Below, one piece after another: positions 10,703 to 20,133 of a stretch of 64,000 nt of DNA. A program made the position numbers and the translations under genes. The DNA comes from an uncultured Gemmatimonadales bacterium (GTDB taxonomy: Bacteria > Gemmatimonadota > Gemmatimonadetes > Gemmatimonadales > GWC2-71-9). The notes beneath the pieces are model-generated. The model did not search any database and was not told the origin of the DNA. It was given only the letters and a program-made list of their open reading frames with translations. The stretch is taken from the NCBI GenBank assembly GCA_963795085.1, contig CAWCFX010000006.1:1-64000 (forward strand), given 5' to 3'. Position 1 is the first letter of the stretch. Each line of letters opens with the position of its first letter.

Positions 10703-12116
10703 GGCTGACCGAACGCTTCCCTGCGGCGGTACGTTCGATGACGGGGGGATCCGGGTCGTCCGGCACCGGGGGCCGGTACACCCGCGGCACCTGGAGAGTG
10801 AAGGTGGAACCCTCGCCCGGGACGCTGGTCGCGGTCAGGGTCCCGCCCAGCAGCGCCGCGAGCCGCCGGGAGAGGGGAAGCCCCAGGCCGGAGCCTACCG
10901 CCTTGCCCTGGAGGCTGTGTTCCACCTGGGAATACTCCTCGAAGACCCGCTCGAGGTCGCCGGCGGCGATGCCGATCCCGGTATCCGTCACCCGGAACTC
11001 TACCATGTCGGACCCGGGATCGTGCCGCAGGCTGACCCGGACCTCCCCCGCGGGGGTGAACTTGATGCTGTTGCTGACCAGGTTCCGCAGCACCTGGGAG
11101 ACCTTGCCCTCGTCGCTCTGCATGGCCAGCCCCGGCTCCGAGTGGTCCACCACCAGCGCCACCGCGTCGGAAGTGATCAGCGGCCGCAGCATGCCGCGGA
11201 GCCCCGCCAGCATGTCATCCACCTGGAACTCCGCGGTGCGCACCACGCTCTTGCCGGCCTCGATCCGGGCCAGGTCCAGCAGGTCGTTCACCATGTTGCT
11301 GAGGGTGCCGGCGGCCCGGGAGATCATGGTGACCTGCCGCTCCTGTTCCGGCCCGAGGTCGCCATCCATGCGCTGCAGCAGGAGCCGGCTCAGGTTGAGA
11401 ATGGCATTGAGCGGGGTGCGCAGCTCGTGACTGATGTTGGACAGGAAGTGCGTCTTGAGTTCGCTGGCCTTCCCCAGCTGCAGGGCCCGGTCGTCCAGCT
11501 CGGCGTAGAGCGCCAGCACCCCGCGGTTGGTTTCGTGCAGTTCGCTGTTGAGGCGCTCGACTTCGACCTGCCGCGCGCGGAGCCCGTCCAGCGCCAGCAG
11601 CAGCTCGTGGTTCTGCGCCTGGAGTTCGCCGAAGGGATCGTCCGGGCTGCTGGCCAGGAGCACCCGGGTCATCTCGACCACCTCCTCCCGGGAGGGGGCC
11701 GCGCCCGCCGGCAGCGTTTTCGCCAGGGTGACCTCGGTCCCGCCGGCGGCGCCGGGCCCGATGTCGAACCGGTCCACCAGCCGCCGCGCGCCGAGGATGC
11801 CCAGTCCCATGCCGGTGGAGGACTGGTAGCGGCCCTCGAAGATCTCGGTGAGGCGCGGGATGCCGGGTCCCTCGTCGCTGATCCGGACCTGGAGGGAGGA
11901 CGGGTGGCCGGTGGTGAGCCCGAAGGCGACCTGCCCGCCGCCGGCGTACTCGAAGGCGTTCCGGGCGATCTCGGAGACCGCGGTGGCCAGCCGGGTCTGG
12001 TCCTGGGTGTCGAAGCCCAGCAGGCCGGCCAGCTGGCGGGCCCGCTGCCGCACCAGGACGACATCCCGCTCGTGGCGGATGTCCGCGCGGAGAAGGACCC
12101 TTTCGCCCGGATTCAC
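10695..12116 (-). CDS. Histidine kinase with N-terminal RsbT-like ATPase domain
   Basis: N-terminal TAVSEIARNA...DEGPGI...GMGLG; SHELRTPL H-box; NLVSNSIKFT, DTGIGI, GSGLGL. Confidence 0.92.
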   Translation of the reverse strand: MNPGERVLLRADIRHERDVVLVRQRARQLAGLLGFDTQDQTRLATAVSEIARNAFEYAGGGQVAFGLTTGHPSSLQVRISDEGPGIPRLTEIFEGRYQSSTGMGLGILGARRLVDRFDIGPGAAGGTEVTLAKTLPAGAAPSREEVVEMTRVLLASSPDDPFGELQAQNHELLLALDGLRARQVEVERLNSELHETNRGVLALYAELDDRALQLGKASELKTHFLSNISHELRTPLNAILNLSRLLLQRMDGDLGPEQERQVTMISRAAGTLSNMVNDLLDLARIEAGKSVVRTAEFQVDDMLAGLRGMLRPLITSDAVALVVDHSEPGLAMQSDEGKVSQVLRNLVSNSIKFTPAGEVRVSLRHDPGSDMVEFRVTDTGIGIAAGDLERVFEEYSQVEHSLQGKAVGSGLGLPLSRRLAALLGGTLTATSVPGEGSTFTLQVPRVYRPPVPDDPDPPVIERTAAGKRSVSHA

Positions 12117-13228
12117 CTGGCCCCCGGCCCCCGGGGAACCGCCGCCGGCCCGCTTCCCGGCCGGTACACCAGGATGCTGCTGTCGTCCCGGCCGCGGACG
12201 GCGTCGCGGTAGATGACGCCGGCCACGATGGCGGTGTCCCGGCGAAGCAGGCCGGGATAGGGATCCAGTTTCCAGCGGGCGGTCAGGCCATCGGAATGGA
12301 GAATGACCAGGGCATCGGGGGGGAGCGGGTAGTCGAACTCCTGGACCCGCCGCACCTGGTGGCCCAGGATGCCGCCGTGGGAGACCATCGCCCGCACCCG
12401 GTCGTCGGTGACAATCCAGCCGGCGATGTTCCCCACCCCGGCAAACCGCACCGTGCCGCGGGAGCGGTCCACCAGCGCGACGGCGGCGGCGGCCCCGCGA
12501 GTACTTCGCAGCCCGCCGTGCACCCGGTCGAGGATGTCGCCGGGCGCAGCCGTCGGGTGGCTATCGAAGATGCGAACCGCCTCCCGGGAGGCTTCCGCCG
12601 CGCTGGCTCCGTGGCCCAGGCCATCCACCGCGAAGAGCGACATGCAGACGCCGCTCACCCCGTAGCTCAAGCTGTCGCCGCACACGGTCTCTGCCGGGTG
12701 CGGAAGGCAGATGCCGCCGATGGCGGGTCCCGGTGAGGCGGGTCGAACCGCCGGGGGCGAGAAAACCCTGGCCAGGACCACCGTGCCCTCGGCTTCGGTG
12801 GAGAAGACGTCGAAGGTGGAGGCGAGCCGGCTGACCGCGCCGAGCCCGTTGCCCATGGTCCCGCCGGTGGAAAATCCATCGCGCAGGCACTCGGCCACGT
12901 TGGCCATGCCGGGGCCACGGTCGAGGGCGAGCAGTTCGACGCCGGCCGGCTGGCCCGGCGAGCCCAGCGAGCGGGCGATCAACTGGCCATGGCTGGCGTG
13001 GCGGACCGCGTTGGTGGCCATCTCGGTGGCCAGGATCCCGAGGGTGCTCTGTTCGTCGGGGCCCAGGCCGGCCCGGGCCCCGACGGCGGCGGCCATCCGG
13101 CGCGCCTCGCCGATCCGGCTGACCTCGTCCAGCGGGACGGCGAAGGAGCAGCGCGGATCGCCGTCCCGGCCGGGTACCTGTTCAACGCCAGCGAATGACA
13201 CGAATGCGGGTTCCTTTCCCGGGCTCAC
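12113..13228 (-). CDS. Anti-sigma-type ATPase fused to a SpoIIE/PP2C phosphatase (RsbX-like)
   Basis: TEMATNAVRHA...DRGPGM...GNGLG, then CGD, DGLGHG, HSDGL, DDSS; start uncertain (GTG 13228 or GTG 13201). Confidence 0.88.
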   Translation of the reverse strand: MSPGKEPAFVSFAGVEQVPGRDGDPRCSFAVPLDEVSRIGEARRMAAAVGARAGLGPDEQSTLGILATEMATNAVRHASHGQLIARSLGSPGQPAGVELLALDRGPGMANVAECLRDGFSTGGTMGNGLGAVSRLASTFDVFSTEAEGTVVLARVFSPPAVRPASPGPAIGGICLPHPAETVCGDSLSYGVSGVCMSLFAVDGLGHGASAAEASREAVRIFDSHPTAAPGDILDRVHGGLRSTRGAAAAVALVDRSRGTVRFAGVGNIAGWIVTDDRVRAMVSHGGILGHQVRRVQEFDYPLPPDALVILHSDGLTARWKLDPYPGLLRRDTAIVAGVIYRDAVRGRDDSSILVYRPGSGPAAVPRGPGAR

Positions 13229-13586
13229 TCTCGAGGTAGAAATCGTTCATGAGACGCCGGGCGCCGCCCAGCCCCAGGCCGAGGCCGTCCCCGGTGGTAT
13301 AGCCGTCCTTGAGGGCCAGTGCCACGTCCGGAATGCCCGGTCCCTGGTCCTCGAAGGTGAGCCGGACGCCCCGGCGGGCGCCTTCTTCGATGGACTCGAC
13401 CAGCGCGGCCCCTCCGCGTCCGTAGTCGAGGGTGTTGCGGGCCAACTCGCTGGCGGCGGTCACCGCCTTGGTCTGGTCCACCAGGTTGAATCCCAGCGCC
13501 ACACAGTGACTTCGCACCATCTGCCGGACCGTCACGATATCGCCCGTCGCCTGGATCGGTACCCGGTCATGTTGCAGAACTTGCAT
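13182..13586 (-). CDS. rsbT: Stressosome Ser/Thr kinase RsbT
   Basis: TAASELARNT, DQGPGIPD..LALKDGYTTG.GLGLGL.GARRL; directly follows rsbS. Confidence 0.95.
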   Translation of the reverse strand: MQVLQHDRVPIQATGDIVTVRQMVRSHCVALGFNLVDQTKAVTAASELARNTLDYGRGGAALVESIEEGARRGVRLTFEDQGPGIPDVALALKDGYTTGDGLGLGLGGARRLMNDFYLESEPGKGTRIRVIRWR

Positions 13587-13989
13587 CCGAGTCCTTTGCG
13601 CCGAGCAGTTCCTCCACAGACAGGCCCCGGTCCTGGTCCAGGTCGGCGCGCAGCAACGCCATGCCCCGCTCCACCGAGAGCGCGGTCCGAACGCCGTCCA
13701 GCGCCAGGCCCAGCTCGACCAGCGTGATGGCCACGGCGGGCTGCATCCCGGTGACCACCGTCTGCGCGTCGAGGATCCGGGCCATGCCGGCGATGTTGGC
13801 GATCATCCGGCCCATGAAGGAATCCACCATTTCCAGGGCGGAGATATCGATCAGCACGCCCCGGGCGCCGGTCTGGGCGACCCGGCTGGTGAGATCGTCC
13901 TGCAGCTGGAGAGCGAGCCGGTCGTGCATGTCCACCTGGATGGTGACCAGGAGGAAATCGCCCATCTTGAGAATGGGAATCCGTTCCAT
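13567..13989 (-). CDS. rsbS: Stressosome STAS protein RsbS
   Basis: RIPILK...GVLIDISALEMVDSF (phospho-Ser site)...GMQPAVAITLVELG. Confidence 0.95.
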   Translation of the reverse strand: MERIPILKMGDFLLVTIQVDMHDRLALQLQDDLTSRVAQTGARGVLIDISALEMVDSFMGRMIANIAGMARILDAQTVVTGMQPAVAITLVELGLALDGVRTALSVERGMALLRADLDQDRGLSVEELLGAKDSDASSAT

Positions 13990-13992
13990 GGC

Positions 13993-14862
13993 TCAGCCCC
14001 TCGGCGCGGCGCCGCCGCGCCCCGAGGCGCCCACCCGCTTCAGGGCCAGCCGGAAGGCATCGGCGAGCGTCGCCTTGGTGGCGATGTCGGAGAGGTTCAC
14101 GCCGAGGTGGACGATGGTGGCGGCGATCTGGGGACGGATGCCGCTGATGATGCAGTCGGCGCCCATCAGGCGGGCGGCGGTGACGGTCTTGATCAGGTGC
14201 TGCGCCACCAGGGTGTCCACCGTGGGCACGCCGGTGATGTCAATGATGGCAACCTCGGCGCCGGTCTCCACGATCCGCTGCAGCAGCGTTTCCATCACCA
14301 CCTGGGTGCGGCTGCTGTCCAGGGTGCCGATCATGGGGAGCGCGAGGATGCCTTCCCAGAGCTTCACGACCGGGGTGGAGAGTTCCAGCATGTCCTCCTG
14401 CTGCCGGTTGATGACCCGCTCCCGGGCCTCGAGGTAGGCATCCGTGGTGAGCAGGCCCAGCGTGTCCAGCAGCACCGAGACCCGCCACAGTTCATCGGCC
14501 AGGCGACCCGCGTCGGCGCCGACGGCCACCCGGACGGCGTCGAAGAGCGGCTGCTTGAGCGAAAGGACAAAGGTCGCGGTCTCCGACGGCGTAAACCCCT
14601 GGGAGCCCCGCGACTGGGAGACCCGGACGAGGTAGTCACGCGCCGGCTGCCACGCCGGATGATCGAGGTTGTCCACCCCCCCGGCCCGGACGCCGATGGC
14701 CACCTGCTCCAGCAGCACCTTGGACTGCTCCCGCACCTCGGCCTCGGAGATCAGGTCGGGGCGGAGAGTGGAGGCATCGAGCTGACGGCCCAGCCACGCC
14801 TGGAGAATGTCGGCCTGCTGCTTCTGCAGGATCATCGGCAGAACAGAGTTGTCGGGAGACAT
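13993..14862 (-). CDS. rsbR: Stressosome protein RsbR (helical N-domain plus STAS)
   Basis: ELSTPVVKLW.GILALPMIGTLDS.R, IDITGVPTVDT, SGIRPQIA; N-domain RGSQGFTPSETA. Confidence 0.95.
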   Translation of the reverse strand: MSPDNSVLPMILQKQQADILQAWLGRQLDASTLRPDLISEAEVREQSKVLLEQVAIGVRAGGVDNLDHPAWQPARDYLVRVSQSRGSQGFTPSETATFVLSLKQPLFDAVRVAVGADAGRLADELWRVSVLLDTLGLLTTDAYLEARERVINRQQEDMLELSTPVVKLWEGILALPMIGTLDSSRTQVVMETLLQRIVETGAEVAIIDITGVPTVDTLVAQHLIKTVTAARLMGADCIISGIRPQIAATIVHLGVNLSDIATKATLADAFRLALKRVGASGRGGAAPRG

Positions 14863-15164
14863 CGCTGGCCCTTGATGGCGGGAAGGTGGGTGATGGTCAC
14901 CAGGGACGATACCCGGGCGGTCCCGGGTCGCAAGTCCCCAAATCTAGAGCAGGGGAGCGGATTCTGCTTGTGATCCAGGTTCCGCCGAGGTTAGGAGAAT
15001 TATAGAGTATCAGGCGGTCGTCGGGATCCCGGGGGCGGGCGGTTCCCAGAGGGGCTTCCTCGGTGGTCGTGGGCGGCTGGGCGGCAGTCCGTGGGCCTCC
15101 GCGCCGGCGGTGAGAGACCGGCCCTGGGCCACGGATCGCGACGGCATCACAGATACCCGCCGGT

Positions 15165-16703
15165 TCAGGGCCGCCCCCCCGCCAGCACCCGCTCGACGCG
15201 GGTGCGGAGCGTTCCCGCGGCCGCCTCGCTCAGCGTCGAATCACTGGCGATGAGCCGATTCGCCTCGCGCGCTGCACCGAGCGCTTCGTCGAGGCGGCCG
15301 GCGGTTTTCAAGGCTTCGGCGAGATTCACCCGCGCCCGTGGGGAGGCCGGAAATCCGCGCGCGACGATGCCGTAGAGGATCGCCGCATCGGCCGGTCGAC
15401 GGCTTGATGTGAGCAATGCCAGCCGGGAGAGGCCGGACTCGGTAAACGGCACCACCGGCGGCTCCCGCTGCGCCAGGCGGCGCGCCACGGAATCGGCGCG
15501 CAGGACATTCGACTCCGCGAGCCGGAAAAACTCGTCGGCCGCCGGTACGTCCAGCGTGGGGGCGCGATAGGTCACGACCACGCCGGGGATCCGCGCCAGT
15601 GAGTCGCTCCAGGCAGTCCCCGCCGCGGGGCCGGGGGTGCCGGCCGTGAGCTGGGCCCTGAAGAAGTCTCCCACGGCCCGATTGCCAAGGGTGAGGATGT
15701 CGCGGAGCTCGCGGGGCGCATGGGGATCCGCCACGCGGTAGGACGCGAAGTCCCCATGCGATGAGCCGTGAACCACCAGCTGCCACCGCGGCGCCGCGGC
15801 CATGGCGTCGAAAAACCCCGCCGCCGGCGCCCAACCAGCACCGGGGATCGTTTCGCTGACCTCGACGGCGAGATATGCCGCGCGAAAGCCGATGGAATCG
15901 TAGCCGGGGATCGCGCGGACGATATCCTGGCCGGCGACGCGGCCTTCCCATCCGTCGAACACGGCCACGGCGCGGACCGCGCGGCTCCGGAACGCGAAGG
16001 ACAAGGTGGACATGCCGCTGCTGCTGTAGGCCAGCACGCCGACCCGGCCCGCATCGGCGTTGGCCAGGCCTCGCGCCACGCCCAGCGCAAAGCCCAGGTC
16101 GTCGGTGTCGGCGGCAATGCTGCCTGGATTGGGCGTGAACGCCATGCTGCGAATCGTCCGCAGATCCTTCTGGTCGGTTCCGATCACCACGAATCCGTGG
16201 CTGGCGAGATACTCGGCGGTGGTCGGAAAATGATCGGGCGCTCCCGGCGACAGGAGTATCACGGGAAAGCGTCCGGCCACTGGGGCGGCGGCGCGCCGCG
16301 CCTCGAGTATTGTGCCCAGCAGCGCGTCTGCCGCGGCATCGCCATCCGGCGCACCAGGCGCCGCCCCGGCCCGGATACGGCCAACGAAGCGCGCGTACGC
16401 CAGCGTATCGGCGAACGCATACGTGTCCCCCCGGCGGGGCGCGTCCAGGACGAGTTCCCGCAGTACCAGCGGACGTCCGGTGCCTCGACGCGCCGGGTAC
16501 CACACGAACATCCGCATCGGCCTGGCCTCCATGGTCCCGCTCATGGAGGGGAAGCTTCGGGTGACGTCAACGGTGTCGATGGCCCGGTACCCGACGGCAT
16601 GCGGCCCGGGGCGCAGATCGGCCCAGAGGGGAGTTTGCGCGCGGGCGACGGCCGGCGCGACGAACACTGCGCCGCACAAGGCGGCGCGCAGCAGAGTCCT
16701 CAC
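15165..16703 (-). CDS. Secreted alpha/beta hydrolase-fold protein with C-terminal TPR-like helices
   Basis: GTG start with GGAGG upstream and a signal peptide; GPHAVG, VWYPA, GRFPVILLSPG, LASHGFVV; elbow AYSSSG; C-terminal VNLAEAL...LDEA. Confidence 0.75.
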   Translation of the reverse strand: MRTLLRAALCGAVFVAPAVARAQTPLWADLRPGPHAVGYRAIDTVDVTRSFPSMSGTMEARPMRMFVWYPARRGTGRPLVLRELVLDAPRRGDTYAFADTLAYARFVGRIRAGAAPGAPDGDAAADALLGTILEARRAAAPVAGRFPVILLSPGAPDHFPTTAEYLASHGFVVIGTDQKDLRTIRSMAFTPNPGSIAADTDDLGFALGVARGLANADAGRVGVLAYSSSGMSTLSFAFRSRAVRAVAVFDGWEGRVAGQDIVRAIPGYDSIGFRAAYLAVEVSETIPGAGWAPAAGFFDAMAAAPRWQLVVHGSSHGDFASYRVADPHAPRELRDILTLGNRAVGDFFRAQLTAGTPGPAAGTAWSDSLARIPGVVVTYRAPTLDVPAADEFFRLAESNVLRADSVARRLAQREPPVVPFTESGLSRLALLTSSRRPADAAILYGIVARGFPASPRARVNLAEALKTAGRLDEALGAAREANRLIASDSTLSEAAAGTLRTRVERVLAGGRP

Positions 16704-16861
16704 GGGTCCCTCCGGGTAACGGTATCTGCGAGGCGCTGCTGTGTGGGCCAGACCGAGGTCCGGAACGCCCCTGCCGGGCATTACCGGCCCGGGAGGTTTT
16801 TCGCACCTGATCTACGGAGGGAGGGCGCGGCAGGGTTTCAAGAATTCAATCCTTCCCCGGG

Positions 16862-17377
16862 TCACTCGATGGCACCGTTCCCGCGATTCCCGTACTTCCC
16901 TTCCCGGTATTCTCTGGCCCGCTCGACGTAGTGCTCCCAGGTGCCCCGGATCCGGCCCGCCAGCTCGGCATCCACCTGGCGCACGATGCGGCCCGGGACT
17001 CCCATCACCAGCGAGCCCGGTGGCACCCGCATCCCCTCGGGCACCACCGCCCCCGCGGCGATGACGCTGCCGGTGCCCACGTGGACACCATTCAGCAGCA
17101 CGCTCCCCATCCCGATCAGGCACTCGTCCTCGATGGTACAGCCATGCACGATGGCCCGGTGGCCGATACCGACCCGCTTCCCGATGGTACAGGGAAACCC
17201 GGTATCCACGTGGACCACGGTGCCGTCCTGGATGTTGGTCTGGCTTCCCACCACGATCGGCGCCACGTCCCCCCGGAGCACCGAGGTGAACCAGACGCTC
17301 GACTCGGCGCCCAGGGTGACGTCGCCGAGGACCACGGCGCCGGGCGCGATGAAGGCGGAGGGATGGATGGAAGGCAT
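16862..17377 (-). CDS. Gamma carbonic anhydrase family (YrdA/PaaY-like)
   Basis: Hexapeptide repeats; LRGD, TNIQDG.VVH, GHRAIVHGC. Confidence 0.93.
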   Translation of the reverse strand: MPSIHPSAFIAPGAVVLGDVTLGAESSVWFTSVLRGDVAPIVVGSQTNIQDGTVVHVDTGFPCTIGKRVGIGHRAIVHGCTIEDECLIGMGSVLLNGVHVGTGSVIAAGAVVPEGMRVPPGSLVMGVPGRIVRQVDAELAGRIRGTWEHYVERAREYREGKYGNRGNGAIE

Positions 17378-17435
17378 GGGGCGATGGGTCTCCTGTCCTC
17401 GGGTATGCTGGCAGCAACATCCGCCAGGGTCATGC

Positions 17436-17553
17436 TTCGAGGCGCCTTAACGCACCTTGACCGGTGTGCGGCGGTGGCATCCAGCCAGGACAGACTTCGA
17501 GGCGCTCTCATTTTGCTCTGCGCTCATTGCGTTCATGCGCTTTGTAAGCCGAC
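17436..17553. repeat. Remnant of the GxxExxY-associated inverted-repeat family
   Basis: TTCGAGGCGCCTTAACGC at 17436 is identical to the sequence at 35348; a second TTCGAGGCGC lies at 17496, followed by degenerate CTCTGCG/TGCG motifs. Confidence 0.7.
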
Positions 17554-17585
17554 CGGCTCAGGTCTCCACGCCCGCACCCCAGTCG

Positions 17586-19514
17586 CTACTCTCTCTCGGG
17601 GGGAAAGGCCATCTGGGTCCACCCCACCACGGCCCTGCCGTCACGGGTGGCCGGCCGCCACTCCATGGTGGCGGCGTACTGCCGGGCCAGCCGCTCGAAG
17701 GCGGCGTCGTTGCTGGGGTTGAATGGCCGCACCTCGAGGGTCTTTCCTTCCGCCGAGACCTCGATGAGCAGGACACTGGACCGCGGAATGCCTTCGATGT
17801 CTGCCGTCAGCGGCACGAAGGGAGCCTTGACCGGCCGGGGCCGCTGGTCGAAGCACTGCTGGTTCTGGTTGTAGCCGGCGACCGGCTCGTCGCAGCTGAC
17901 CGCAGCGGCGGGCGGTGTCGTTGGCCGGCGGGGCTGGGCGCGCGGCGGCGGGGCCGTTCCGCCCAGCGGAATAAGATTGGGCGTGACGTCGAGGGTGGCG
18001 CCGGGCGGGACGTCGAAGGTGTCGGCGAAGAAGTGGTGGCGGGGCGCCGTGATGGCGAGGACATGCCGTCCCGCCGGCAGCCGGATGGCCGCGCTGGTGA
18101 TCGGCTGTTCATCCACCATGACCCGGGTGCCGCGGGGCAGCCCGTTGAGCCGGATGCCGCCGCTGTCGGCAGGGACCGCCGGGGATCCCGGCGTCGAGTC
18201 CGGGGCGGCAACCGTGACCTGGGTATCGCCGGGGGCGGTGGCGAAGACCGGTACATCCGAGAGGTTGGCGATGGAATCGGGGATGGCGATCGGCCCCACC
18301 GTCCGGCTGTCCCGCGGGGCGGATTCCGCGGCCGGGGGACGCACGGCCCTGGGCATCCCGATGTAATAGTAGGCGGCCGCCGCGGCGACGCCGCCCAGCA
18401 GGAGCAGCATGGTCCAGAAGACGGCGGGGTTGCCGGATGGCTGCCGCCGCACCACGGGACGGCGGCTCCCCGCCGGACGGTCGGCCGGGCCCGCCGGTGC
18501 CGGGATGGTGGGCTGGCTCGGCGGTCCCGCCGCGCCGGTGGGGCGCGCCCCGAGGCCCGATCCGCGTAGCGTCCCCGCTACCACCTGCCCCTCCAGCGCC
18601 GCGATCATCTCCTCGCAGCTCTGGAACCGGTCGCCGGGAACCTTCTGCAGCATCCGCCGGATGACCTCGAAGATCCGCCGCTCATCCGGCGATTCCAGGC
18701 TGGGCACCGGAATCGGCTCCATGATGTGCTTGTAGCCGATGGCGAAACTGTCCTCCCCGTCGTAGGGCACCTTGCCGGTGAGGCAGAGGTAGGCGACGAC
18801 GCCGAGGCTGTAGATGTCGCTCCGGCCATCGGTGTTCTGGGCCCGGGCCTGTTCCGGGCTCATGTAGTGGGGCGTCCCGATAGACATGCCGGTGCCGGTG
18901 AGTTTCTGACCGGTGGCCGCCTTGGCGATGCCGAAGTCCGCCACCAGGCAGACCCCGTGCTCGTCGAACATGATGTTGTCGGGCTTGATGTCCCGGTGCA
19001 CGATGCCGCGGGTAGCGGCATGGCCCAGGGCCCCGCCGGCCTCCACCAGCAGGCGGCGGATCTCCGGCGGGGTGAGCCTGCCCCGGGCGTGCAGCAGGTG
19101 GGACAACGACTGGCCTCGCAGGAACTTCATCACGAAATAGGTGACGCGTCCCGCTTTGCCGACCCGGTAGATGGGGATGATGTTGGGATGCTCGAGCCCA
19201 GCCGCCGTCCGCGCTTCCCGCTGGAAGCGCTCGACAAACTCGGCGTCAAAGGCGAGTGAGAACGGAAGAACCTTGATCGCGACTTCGCGCTCGAGATGGA
19301 GGTCGCGGGCCCGGTACACGATGGCCATGCCACCGCGGCCCAGCTCCTCCAGGATCTCGTATTCCGCGGCCAGCGCCTCGCCTACGATGTCGCGCTCGGT
19401 GACTTCGGCGCTGGCAATGGCCTTGACCGGCGTGGTCGGGGCGAGATCCTGGCCGCAGTGGGTACAGACTTTCGCGGTGTCGTCGAGTTTGGTTCCGCAG
19501 CGGGAGCAGAACAT
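17586..19514 (-). CDS. Hanks-type Ser/Thr kinase: zinc ribbon, kinase, TM, PEGA-like and TonB-C-like C-terminus
   Basis: MFCSRCG...CTHCG; LGRGGMAIVY, VAIK, HRDIKPDN, DFGIAK, GTPHYMSPEQ; TM VFWTMLLLLGGVAAAAAYYYI. Confidence 0.92.
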   Translation of the reverse strand: MFCSRCGTKLDDTAKVCTHCGQDLAPTTPVKAIASAEVTERDIVGEALAAEYEILEELGRGGMAIVYRARDLHLEREVAIKVLPFSLAFDAEFVERFQREARTAAGLEHPNIIPIYRVGKAGRVTYFVMKFLRGQSLSHLLHARGRLTPPEIRRLLVEAGGALGHAATRGIVHRDIKPDNIMFDEHGVCLVADFGIAKAATGQKLTGTGMSIGTPHYMSPEQARAQNTDGRSDIYSLGVVAYLCLTGKVPYDGEDSFAIGYKHIMEPIPVPSLESPDERRIFEVIRRMLQKVPGDRFQSCEEMIAALEGQVVAGTLRGSGLGARPTGAAGPPSQPTIPAPAGPADRPAGSRRPVVRRQPSGNPAVFWTMLLLLGGVAAAAAYYYIGMPRAVRPPAAESAPRDSRTVGPIAIPDSIANLSDVPVFATAPGDTQVTVAAPDSTPGSPAVPADSGGIRLNGLPRGTRVMVDEQPITSAAIRLPAGRHVLAITAPRHHFFADTFDVPPGATLDVTPNLIPLGGTAPPPRAQPRRPTTPPAAAVSCDEPVAGYNQNQQCFDQRPRPVKAPFVPLTADIEGIPRSSVLLIEVSAEGKTLEVRPFNPSNDAAFERLARQYAATMEWRPATRDGRAVVGWTQMAFPPERE

Positions 19515-19550
19515 GGACGAAGCTAGGTAGTGAGAGATGCGGAGGTCAAG

Positions 19551-19676
19551 GGATTGAGGGAATTGTGGAATTGAGGGAATGTTGGAATTGAGGGAATTGA
19601 GGGAATGTTGGAATTGAGGGAATTGAGGGAATGTTGGAATTGAGGGAATTGAGGGAATGTTGGAATTGAGGGAATT
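19551..19676 (+). repeat. Tandem array of GGAATTGAG / GGAATGTT units (26-bp higher-order unit)
   Basis: Read directly: repeated GGAATGTT-GGAATTGAG-GGAATTGAG, ending at the stop codon of the four-helix-bundle gene. Confidence 0.95.
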
Positions 19677-20074
19677 TACTCCCTTCCTTCCTCCCGCCTC
19701 TGGTTTTGTCGGGCTGTCGCGCGAGTCGCCGTAAATATCGCGACCAGTTGCCCGGCCTCCGACAACGCTGAATCCAGGGCGGTGCCGGACAGGGTCCCCA
19801 AGTCTCTGGCGAACTCCAGCCAGAACTGCGACTCGTCAGCCTCCTCGAGGACCACGCCGATCTTGGAGATGAATTCCTTGCGGGACCTGGCCCGGCACGC
19901 CGCACGGTAGTTGGCTGCGACGGAAGTGCTCGAACGGATGAGCTGTCCAGCGACGTGTCTTCCGGATATGCTGGCCGGGGCGGACTCGCAAAGCCGGGTC
20001 GAATTCAGGGCAAAGTCCAAGGTGCGCTTGCGCATTGCGAGCTGCTTTTGCAGCGGACCGTCTGACGATCGCAT
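19676..20074 (-). CDS. Four helix bundle protein (23S rRNA IVS protein / TIGR02436-like)
   Basis: RTLDFA...QLIRSSTSVAANYRAACRARSRKEFISKIGVVLEEADESQFWLE; start is ATG 20074 or ATG 20035. Confidence 0.92.
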   Translation of the reverse strand: MRSSDGPLQKQLAMRKRTLDFALNSTRLCESAPASISGRHVAGQLIRSSTSVAANYRAACRARSRKEFISKIGVVLEEADESQFWLEFARDLGTLSGTALDSALSEAGQLVAIFTATRATARQNQRREEGRE

Positions 20075-20133
20075 GAACCAAACATGGGGAAGAAAGCTGA
20101 GAAATCATCATCCGAAAACCGCGAATCGGACCA

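Noticed and set aside
12979..13185. Possible frameshift at the start of the ATPase-PP2C gene (TTGA overlap in another frame)
   Set aside because: In-frame GTG starts exist at 13201 and 13228, so no frameshift is required
19546..19905. ORF with SIPSIP/FPQFQ repeats
   Set aside because: Translation artefact of the tandem array, overlapping the real gene in another frame
19676..20074. Diversity-generating retroelement (Avd-like gene)
   Set aside because: No reverse transcriptase and no TR/VR pair with adenine-specific mismatches seen in the window; also not inside an rRNA gene
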